DNA of 64,000 bases, from contig OZ287751.1 of NCBI GenBank assembly GCA_965649765.1, positions 79,546,001 to 79,610,000 of the forward strand. Direction: 5' to 3'. Below the pieces are notes generated by a model. That model was not told the origin of the DNA. It did no database searches and saw only the letters and a list, made by a program, of their open reading frames with translations. This DNA comes from Bispira polyomma (lineage: Eukaryota). The translations under genes were made by a program, and so were the position numbers. Positions 53,685 to 64,000 of this stretch are shown piece by piece; the first letter of the stretch is position 1; every line of letters begins with the position of its first letter.

Positions 53685-54263
53685 CTTTAAATATAGAAAA
53701 AATTTAACAATAAATTAATCATTATTCAAAATTATTTAAAATAACTAAGCAATTTATAAGGCTGACCATTCTATTGATACAGCAATATTTGTGTATCAAT
53801 GTCCACATTCTTAAACAATAGGACAGAACATGCCACAATTAAGATTTGATTTTAATCGACCACATTTCTTTCTTTAGTGATTTATTCACAAAGTACACAA
53901 AGGTACACAAAGTAAACAATCTTATGATCCAGAAACATTACCCACAATTATTTGTTTTTATTTTAAAACCTCCATAAAAGTATAACCATAATACATTCAT
54001 AATATTATTTTCAGATAAGCCTAATGACAATGTCATCCATTTACAATATAGACAAAGCATAATGAATTTTATCATCCTACCTCATTACCCATACTCACTT
54101 TTTTATAAATTTAAAACCTTCTTGAAAGTATATCTGGAAATATTTCTGCTGTTTATTTATTGAAATTCATGCACAGACTTATATGTAAGTGACAAAATTA
54201 TACAATTACAGAACAAATGGGTGAAAAATATATAGACATCACAACATAAATACTTAGACTTAC

Positions 54264-56513
54264 CTCACATCTGTATGGCTTGTATCCACAAGTATATACT
54301 TCTCCTCTGGCTAACCTTGGGTGAGCTTGCTTGGTGATACAGTAAATACACTGGGTGTCACTATCGGGGTGCTTCTCCTTCATGTGGATCTCCAGCGTTT
54401 CTTGGTACTTGTAATGCCAGTTACACTTGGGACATTTAAGTGTTTTGCACGAGTTTCTCGAATGCATCATCGTCATGGTGTTGCCCATTTGGGTACGTGC
54501 TGTGCCAAGGACGTTGTCGCACTTAAGGCATTCGTCACCAGTAATGTTACCATTGGGGTGATCTTCACAACCGGCCCGAATGACAATACCCTGTACTGGA
54601 GAAGTCTGACTGGTAGAAGCAGCTATGGAGGAGACCGGGACAAGAGGTGGGACTGGTAGGTTTGGCAGTGATGTCTTTGGTGACACTGGTAGATGTGTGG
54701 CGCTATTATGACTTCCTAAAGGAGGTGGACTGGTCAGCGGTGGCACACTGGAGTTAGATCCAGGACTACTGCTATTACTGGGACTGTGATACTTTGACAC
54801 ACCTGGGCTTGAGGTAAGAATATCCGTTCTAGAAGGACTAAGATCTCTGATGGCTGAAGTCCTATGGCCTGGTGACTTCAGCAGTGAAGAGGAGGAGCTG
54901 GTATTAAGTAAAGTATCATTGGATGAAAGACTTTCTGCTTTGTCACCAAAAGTAGCACTATTGTTTTGAACGGCTGTATCATCCTGAGATGGCAGTCCAA
55001 AGCCTGACATGCTACTTATATTGGCAGAGTGCTTGGATGACATCACAGAAGAATGTGAGTGATTGAACTTGGATGAGGTATTTGATTCAGAAGGGCTGTT
55101 CTTTTGCTCAAACGGGGCGACTTTGGATCCAGAGTGGACAAAGCTAACATTTGTACTGGCATCACTGGCTTTGAATTTTGTACTGAACACTCCAGGAGGA
55201 ATGCAAGATGCAGCAGTAGTTCCTTCACCCCTAGTGATTGGTGGCGATATAGGCTCAAGGAAAGACATCAATGGATCCTTAGCTATCCCTATACCTTGTA
55301 TGATGGCAGATGCATTTTTACGTGCCAAGTAGCACTTTTCCTCATCATTTAGATTCATACTGTGCTCAGCCAATGCATGGGACACGAATGACTTAGCATA
55401 GCCAAATGAAAGTTTGCAAATGAAGCACATGAGTATTGGTTTTGTTGGGACTGATGTGATATCTCCAGACTTTAAATCTACAACTTTAGTAGCTTTAGGT
55501 GAGTCATTATCTTCACTGGGAGTTTCCTCATGCTTTCCAGTTCTCACATCAAACACTCTGTAGCTGTGCATAATAGGGGCCTCGGCACGTGGCCTATTTT
55601 CGGGTGGCAGCATGGCATACCAAGGGTTATAGAAAGCCGGATTTTTCTGGATGTAAAAAGCGCTCGCAATCTGGGGGATGGATTGTACTTGAGAAGAGTT
55701 CATCTTCCCCCTTTGATCTATTATAATACCATCCTTCTGTGGCACATCCAGAAGTGACTCTTCATCAGAAAACTCAGACTCTCCCTCAATAATATAAGCT
55801 GAACCATCGGGATTGTACACAATCTTGCCATCAAAGCTTTCAGCATCGCTCGGAATTTCATCTACCCGCTGAGCTTCATGGAACTTGGGTTTGGCCGAGT
55901 TCTTGGCATCATTACTCTCCTCACTAGACTGCACACAGCCATGTGACATATAGGACTGGACATCAGTGAAATCTGTACCACATTCACTGCAGATGATCTC
56001 TTGGTCGCCATCTTTCTTCTCCATCACCTCTGCTGCTGGTGTCCGTTTCTTAACAGCATGCAAGGACTCCACGGGTGTATCAGCAGTAATGGGGCTACTA
56101 TCTGAGTTTCTTGCAGGTGTTATGGTCTCCTTACTCCAAGTTGCACTGCTTGATATCTCAGTAGCATGAGGTTGAGTCTCAATGTTTCCTGTTACTAAAG
56201 GTTCCGACTTTGCCTCTACATTTGCCATTCCTTCCATTTCCTCTTCACCTTGAAATTCCTCATAGTCATCGTACAAAGAACTACCGTCCATAGAAGATGT
56301 ATCAGGGCACTGGTCATCATCAGGCCAGTCTCTCCTACCCCCACCAGAGTCTATACCATTTACCAAAACTGGATCTCTGCGACTTTCCGTCTCTCTACTA
56401 TCCATATTATTGTTTCCTCCACTCACCAGCTTTTTGGCCACTAAGAAGTTGGCTGGACTTGAGTGCAGAAAGCTTTGTCCATCTTGTAAGTTGTTGTTCA
56501 TAGCAGAGGCAAC
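54264..56513 (-). CDS. ZFHX4: ZFHX3/4 (zfh-2)-like large coding exon (2250 nt, 750 aa)
   Basis: Acceptor TTGTTTTTCTACCAAAG|GTT and donor GAG|GTAAGT, phase 0-0. Family hallmark motifs: GKIVYNPDGSAYIIE, PILMCFICKLSFGYAKSFVSH, SAIIQGIG..KDPLMSFLEP, HSRNSCKTLKCPKCNWHYKYQETLEIHMKEKHP, HPRLARGEVYTCGYKPYRCE. Confidence 0.96.
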
Positions 56514-57017
56514 CTTTGGTAGAAAAACAACAAAACGTTAATGTGTATCATGATTCTTCCTAGACAAAAAAATGGAAATGTTAGATTATATTTTTGCATT
56601 GTACTAGTTCTTACTATTAATTACTAAGTAGACAAAATTTTTAAATAAATAGATTAAGATTAATATTCAATCAAAACACAAAAAACTTTACAGAGATTGC
56701 AAGTCATTTGAATCTTGAAACATAATCGAAAACTGTGCCAGATGCATATCTGGATGAGCAAGTCTTAATTGCAATGGTAAGGTATGGAAGAAACTGTTTC
56801 TTGACCACTTTGCAAATATCAGAATCCAAGAAAGGTAACGTAGTAGAGAATCCATTATCTGAACTTCTATTATCCAAACAATCCATTTTTACAAACTCAT
56901 TTCCAAACTTACATTAAATCCTACTGTTATATATATACTATAGAATAAAAAAAGAGTTAAAAAATTTAAATATTTGGACATAAGAAGTTTGGATCATAGA
57001 GGCACTGTTTGACTCAC

Positions 57018-57110
57018 CTGCTGGCCCTGTGAAGTAGTGGACAAGGACTCTGCCATCCGCCTGAGGTTATCTAGGAGGACCTCCTGTGATGAGGCTATGG
57101 ACTCGGTCAT
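57018..57110 (-). CDS. ZFHX4: ZFHX3/4 (zfh-2)-like gene, first coding exon segment (31 aa, MTESIASSQEVLLDNLRRMAESLSTTSQGQQ)
   Basis: ATG at 57110 has an in-frame TAG seven codons upstream. The segment ends at CAG|GTGAGT (57018, phase 0) and splices in frame to the acceptor at 56513. It is too short for the ORF track. The symbol denotes the family; invertebrates have one ZFHX2/3/4 pro-orthologue. Confidence 0.8.
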
Positions 57111-57244
57111 CCTCCTATCTCTCCCCCCCTATCTCTGTACTCAGGATACTACTCCAGAAGTTAACCTCTACATCTCCATCTTCTGTCTTTTCTAGGTTCT
57201 ACTGAGGACTAGCATCTCTCACTAGCATTATAATGACTCTCTAG
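57111..57244 (-). other. 5' UTR portion of the start-codon exon
   Basis: An acceptor TTTTTTTTTTCAAATTTTTGTAG lies just upstream of 57244 and the coding frame is closed by several stops. This implies a further non-coding exon upstream. Confidence 0.65.
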
Positions 57245-58993
57245 CTACAAAAATTTGAAAAAAAAAACAACAAAAATGTACATAATAACACAGCACTTTA
57301 TTGAGAGAGAGAAACAAAATCATGTTTTCTTTAACTGCTAAAGGTGTATTTACTATTATTATGTTGTGTATTACTGATACATATCTGAAGTTGGAACCCT
57401 TTTACAAATATTACCGGTAAATCTTATATCCAATTTCTATATTCAGAATGACTTCCTATTTTAGTACAGGGAACAAATAGCAATTTTCTGCTGTTTTATG
57501 AATCTTTCTATATAGTTGTTCTATTGTGTATAACAATGTCTCATTCTCCCATGTTATATGTGTCCACTAAAAAGACGAGTTTCCATAATAATAGAGTGGC
57601 TTTAATGCCATATGTAAGATCTCCCCTCCTATGTAAATGCTCATATATACAAAAATTTGCAGATATCCAACTTTTGCCATATTCAGATCACTACTCCAGT
57701 ACTTACAATGTCAACAAAAAGTCTAAAATGTATATTCCTTGTGGGGCTTCAGTTAAATATCCATCATCAATTAACTTTTATGGGTAGAGACGTTCTTTTT
57801 TTTATCATTTTACAATGCCAGTATACAAGTGACATCAGTATCTCACAGGTTTGAGTGAAGAACTCAATAAACAATGACATATGTGCTTGCTTGCCATCAG
57901 ACAAAAAAGGCTTAAGGAGTTAATCTCTCGCGCAGTCACAAATTCAAAGCAAGAGTCTTCAGCAGTTTTAAATCCAATTTTGTACAATTTTCTCTGACAC
58001 ATCTTATATTATTGATCAACTATAGTCCTTAAAACAATTTCAGCTACAATATATTAATAAAGTGTGTATTCAACATCTTACACAAATGACTTTTTTAATT
58101 ATTACAGTAGATATCAAGGCTATAAGTTTAACCTTACTTACTGTAGCTCTCCTTGTGGACTTAAAGTGCCATAGTTTCTCATCAAGGTAAGCTTGGACAT
58201 TCATTAAAGTACTAGTGTACATAGACACTGGACAAATATGTACTTGAGGGTTAAACATGTGATCTGCTACGATATACACAGTCACAATGCACCTAAACCC
58301 TTTGAAGTTCTTTGTGGAGTTTTTTTTTTCGAGATTGTAATACAGTATCTTAAATAACATAAACATCTAGATATACATGTAAATGGTTTCTGTCTGAAAG
58401 TTTAGTTAAACAGTACCTGAACAAAGCCTTAAATGATTTAATATAAAAAGATTTTGAAGTAAAACATGTATTTACTAATATTATCAAATGTAGCTCATTT
58501 TAGTAAATAACATGTACTTTCCTTATTAATATTATCAACCATAGATTATTTTGGTGAAAAAAAAACATCTGTAATTTACTTGTTATGAATATTACAGTGA
58601 TGAAAATGCTTATTTTACTTTCCTTTGATAACAAAGCTATATACACAAACAACAAAATTCCTGCATATCACCTCACCCTCCTTTATAAACTCAGTATGTC
58701 TGACTGATAATCTGTCATGTTATACAGTTATAAGTTTTAAAGTAATTCTCATCTTACAGTTACAAAATTAAGAACAAAGACTAACGTTACCCACCAAAGA
58801 AGACGGACGGAGTAATTAATTATACCCTTTGTGGCTTGTCTTTTTTATGCCAGCACTCGGGCAATTAATAAGGAGAGAAAGACTTTCACCAAAGTTTTTA
58901 ATTAAACCCATGAAATAAGACCCTGTTGTCTTGGTTTAGACAGCCAAGACATGTGAACACGAGATCAAAAGAAAAGACCCACGTTTCCTTTAT

Positions 58994-59220
58994 AGAGCAA
59001 CGGAATCTAAAATTCGCCACTGTATCTGAAATTTGCCACTTAGAAAAAACATTGAGTTCTTTGGTAGAATTGTGAGTAATATTTGCTGAAAGTGAGATTT
59101 TTGTATGACCATTTTGCCTTATGAGTTACCTAAAGTTTAAATTTTTTTTATTGATTTGGCTTAAATTTAGTGTGGCAAATTTCAGATATACAGTGGCGAA
59201 TTCTTGATTCTCCTTACTCT
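58994..59220. mobile_element. AGAGTAAGGAATC-family MITE
   Basis: AGAGCAACGGAATCTAAAATTCGCCACTGTATCTG...CAGTGGCGAATT...TCCTTACTCT. A left-half fragment also lies at about 33239-33335. Confidence 0.8.
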
Positions 59221-62200
59221 AAACCACCCAGAGTTCTTTCTTCTTCAATATTCTCTCTCTTTCTCCCTTTTTTATATTAATGAACAAATATCACCTCTAT
59301 GTTTTTAAAAGTTAGCTTGATCTGCTGTGTGAATATTTAAGATACACACAAAAAACACCCTATTTAGAGGCACCTTATTCGGGTTACAAGAAGATCTATA
59401 CCTTTAAAAGGTAGGGAAGTTTCCTAATTAGCATAATTGGCCACTGTATAAAATGGGTGGCTTTACATTTATAAAGCCTCCTTTTGTACAAGAAAGCCCC
59501 ATTACCCTGTCACCTGATTTTTATACTACGATTCTTATGGCTACTGTAACAGAAGCATTTCTATTGAGAGAAACTATGAAAGACCAAAGAAGAAAAAAAT
59601 GACTAACTGAAAAACAAAAGTTTTTAAAGAAAACTTTGTTTTTTCTTTTCTTTCTAAAACGTGTGGGTGTTACTTTTATGATGTCGTGGTATTTCAATTT
59701 TTTGAGCTAATTTTTTGAGAATATATATTTCTGATTACAGCAGGACCCTCTATTATCCCACCATACTGGAAGAGCAAGATTATGTTTGGATAATAGAAGG
59801 TTCATATTTCTGCCTGAAACAAAAGGAAAACATAAATATTTAGAAGAAAGACAATGAGTTCACGAAATCAAATAATCGGATGAAATAAGTTTGGTTAATG
59901 GAGATTCTGTTGTACTACCCTATTGGAGACCAATCATCCGCTTTCAGGCAAGAAAACTAAAGTTATGCGGTAGCTTTTAGGTATTTTTGCAACCATTCAA
60001 ACTTGTTGTTATATTATGTTAGTAACAAGAAAATTCTGTTAATCTCCACAAAAATGCTTACAGTACATATATTTTTTTCTTGCCTTTAAAATTTAGTGCG
60101 ACAAAGCACTTTAATAATTACGCAAGTGGATTGCGATCATTAAGAGGGACAAAAAAAAAAAAAAAATTCCTCGACTTTTGTTTTGAAAAACTACGAGAAA
60201 ACGCTGTCTGTGGCGAAATATCAATATTAATGAGCCCTAGCAATTAGACAAATGCAGTGCAGGATTAATGAGGGGAGCCACTATATGATATCAAGCCTTG
60301 AACTCCCAACAAAAGCCAGCTGTCAAAAATCTATCTCGGCTTATAGCTTTTGTCAATAACTGCATCTGCAAAACAAAAGCTGATTGCATTAATTTTCTCT
60401 CATCAAGTGAGCGAGGTAATGCAAATTTCACTGGCTTTTGAATGGGATGCATTAGAAAAACACAACTTTCCACATGTCAATTAGTAAAAAAAAAAAGAAA
60501 GAAAAATAACAAAAGAACTGTGGCTAAAGCCATTAAAATTCTTCTCTGTCGAACCTGACTGCATCATCACATTGAACCACCTCAAAAATAGATCCCTGAA
60601 TTAAAAAAAAAACAAGTTCTTTTGTGCCCACCTTTCCATTAAAACTGGACCTCACAATTTGCCTCGTCCCTGCCAGTGATTCTCTGTTCTGCTAGATTTA
60701 CTACAACTATCTGTCTTTTATTACACATGGTCATCAGTCTGGGAGGATTAAGGCTGATCTAACTGATGCTTGGCAAATAATATAACGACCATACAGTAGA
60801 AGCGAGATTATCTGAACTTCTATTATTTGTGAACATTCGATTTTATGATTTTACATTTAAACCATCCCAAATTTACCTTTTTCTGGTGTTATATACTAAC
60901 AAACATACGTCTCTTCTATTATATAAACCTTCCGTTATCTAAATTTTGCTCTCCCAACATATTCAGAAAATAGAAAGTCCAGCATATTTCATTTCTTTTC
61001 ACCTGATGGTTATTAGAACCATGGTGTTAATCCTTGTGTTGGTTAACAGCTTATACAGCTGAAAATCTAATGCAGCATCAACAGGTGAACATTTATTATC
61101 CAAACTTCTATTTCTTAAATTTTCGATTTTCATGAATATATATTTACATTCTTCCAATTTTATAAATTCCTAGTGTTTTTCACACTAAGATACTTCTATT
61201 TTATAAACCTTCTATTTTCCAAACAAAATCTTGCTTTCCCAACATCCTAATTTAAAGACGTTCACATGATAGAAGGTTCATGAAACGGAAGAGGTATTTA
61301 AATATAAAACATCAGGAAACTGCAAATTTAGCAGAGTGGAAATCTTTTTTGAAAAATCGAATGTTTCGATAATACTATTACGGAAGATAGAGGTTGTACT
61401 GTATTATACCAAAATACCATATGTACTGTACATATTGCAAATTTAATATTGTACATATTGCACATTTAATATTGACATTATTAAACTTATTTTAGTAGAT
61501 CTTTGATTAATCAAACTTCCATTTTTTGTATACAAGAAACTTAATTTGCATGACTTCAAAAAGCATGATTTCTGAAAAATACCTTTAACTTTGTTAATTG
61601 GATATCCTGTATATGTGGACCTTGGTCTTCTAGCTCACTTGAGGTTCTTCTAGTTAACAGGGATGAAATGTGTAAATTACTAGCTAACAGGCACTATACA
61701 TTGCTAAATCATGAGAACTATTATTAGAATGGATTTTTGTTAATCAATAAAAATACACGTATTCTACTCAGAAAAAAAAATTATTTACACATTTCTTTGA
61801 CAAGGTAATATAGAAAAGACTTCAGTTTTAGACTTAACAAAAGTGACAAAAATGAGTCAATCTGTCAATCATTATGAGGGATGTGACTTCACTTAACAAT
61901 TAAAAACCTTTGGCAATCACTCGATTCTTTTTTGCAGAACATTTTCACTTTTGATTCCGATTAAAGCCATCAATTAACGGGCCTCTCAAGCCATCTCTTT
62001 AATGTACAGAAACACTTTTCTTTACGTCAGAATGACTGATTATCCATTGAACACCTGAGTTAATTGTCAATATATGGATTGAGTTTTCTTTTTAATTTAA
62101 TCCCCTTTTCATTAGGGAGGAGAAAGATTAAAATTTACTGCTAAATGGGGATATCTGTGGGGGGGATATCTGTGCACACGCTGTTAATAAAGCAATAAAC

Positions 62201-63767
62201 AGTCCACAAGTATTCATTAAATCTGTTTGAAATCTCAAATGTTGTTATAAACGACAGATCTTTTTAGACTTTACAAGTCAATGTCTTCGTGGACTTAATT
62301 CATCATATTTTTTCTGAATATCAGGAAATACTGGTATTCTCTACATTTTAAAACGATTTTTACATTTGACCTGTGTAACCAGAACATAAAGATGTAAAAC
62401 TGATATAGAAATCTCTCTTAGTAAAGAGTAAATTGACAAGTTGAAACATACACATATAATAAATCTGGCATACTTATATTATATGATAACAATGGAAGGT
62501 AGAACAACATAATCCATTTTTTTTTTCAGTCAAGCCCGGTTTCAAATAAATATTCCATGAGTTCATAAAAACGAACAATTGGGAAAATAGAAGTTTGGAT
62601 AATAGAGGTTCTTCTGTTTTTGCTAGGTTATTACTGTGCTACATTGAAATCCACATCAGAAAATGTACTTACTAAAGACTATCCAGACGTCATAAAGTTT
62701 GTGAATGACACATATGCTATCTCTGAACAAGTGCATATCATTTCTAATGTGTCATTTCTGCTAAGGGAATGCTTTAAAAGTCCAACAAAACAGAACAAAC
62801 TTTCACATATAACATTTCTTGTATAATATACCTTTGACAATCATTTTTACTGCCATACATTATTATCCACGCCAAAAAAATATTCTTGTATAATCCCTAA
62901 ATAATCTCCTTACAAATAAACCTAATCTTATTTACGTATCCATGTTGGTGGAGTCAGTGTGGTACATGATATAATAAATCCATTCCTCCCTTTGCCCTTG
63001 GCCTGTGAGAGCTACTACAAGACACTAACTATACAGAGAAAAGGATTAAAACTAGCAGCAAACATTAATTAGTATTATGATGACTGAAGACTGGCTTCTT
63101 CCTCCATTACTAAATATTTTTTTATCAGGCCCTGCCTGATGTTTTTTTACTCTCAGCTCTGACAAGGGGCGCGCCACCATTGAAAAGGGTACTGCTATGT
63201 TGGAAATAATATGTAAGGCCTTCATGGATTGGTTGGTGACAATCGACCCCATCCAACTCAGGGGGTGTGAGAGTCCATTTCACACAATACACCATTGTCT
63301 TTTTAAAAAGACAACTCTTGTTTTTTTCTGTGTCTGCTCTCGTAATTATGTTGAAGCTCATCAAGAAAACCAGAGCCAGAAATGGAACATAAAAAAAAAA
63401 GAATCACAGGCACCTAATCTTGAAAAAGCAAGAGGAACCCCCCCCTCCCCCCCCCTCCCCCCCATCCTCATAAAAAAAGAAAGAAAAATATCAACAAAAA
63501 ACATATTTGTACACATATATACACTTATGATAGCAGCTCAACACTTGGCTTAATTGGAAAACAACAGAAGCCTAAAAAGATGTGGCTCCAATTATCTCAG
63601 TCTTTGGCCTTCCTTATTACCTACACAGTTCCACAGAATATTTTTATTTTAGCTTTCTAGTGTACTGCATCTGTTCAAGGAAGAAACCTTGGTTTTTTGT
63701 GTGTCTTATAGTTGATATATATATACCAGTAGTGGGGGCTGTCCAATGTCATGAATCACACAAGATA

Positions 63768-63943
63768 CAGTAAAACACCCTTTAGTATCCAAATATTTGA
63801 TATTGTTAAAACTCATTTTTACTCTCCCAACTTTAGACTTTTATTATTGTTGGTTTGCATCTTTCTATTTTATAAATCTTCTATTGTCCAAACAAAATCT
63901 GATCTTGCTCTCCAAACATGTTCATATAATAGAGATTGTACTG
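63768..63943. mobile_element. Tc1/mariner-like MITE family A
   Basis: TA-CAGTAAAACACC...ATAATAGAGATTGTACTG-TA, with the internal AAAATC..TCTTGCTCTCC family signature. Confidence 0.7.
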
Positions 63944-64000
63944 TATACTACAACCTGTACAATTTTATTTTCTAACACTATGATATATTTCATAACTTAC

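Noticed and set aside
52662-56503. Plus-strand ORFs overlapping the ZFHX exons
   Set aside because: These are antisense shadows of coding sequence, mostly with non-ATG starts.
57245-64000. Promoter or first exon of the ZFHX gene
   Set aside because: No convincing core promoter plus donor combination is visible; it probably lies beyond the window.

Overview
This is AT-rich animal genomic DNA, most likely a bivalve mollusc, judging from the repeat repertoire (pearl/HINE-like element, tRNA-SINEs, many MITEs). The window holds one recognisable gene: the 5' half of a ZFHX3/ZFHX4/zfh-2 family zinc finger-homeobox transcription factor on the minus strand. Three coding exons can be reconstructed with canonical, phase-compatible splice sites (57018-57110, 54264-56513, 52361-53684; about 1222 codons, roughly ten C2H2-type fingers, no homeodomain yet). 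An intron of more than 52 kb then runs off the left end. That intron and the upstream region contain nested MITEs (MULE-, hAT-, Tc1/mariner- and Harbinger/Kolobok-like), tRNA-derived SINEs, a composite satellite-bearing HINE-like element, and repeat-free motif-dense blocks that look like enhancers. I see no prokaryotic system and cannot claim a proven new system. The best leads are the two-satellite element with a palindromic double YY1-like motif in each monomer, an orphan 112-codon ORF, a candidate poison exon, a uORF-dense leader and a POU octamer cluster. Repeat boundaries and motif counts were read by eye.
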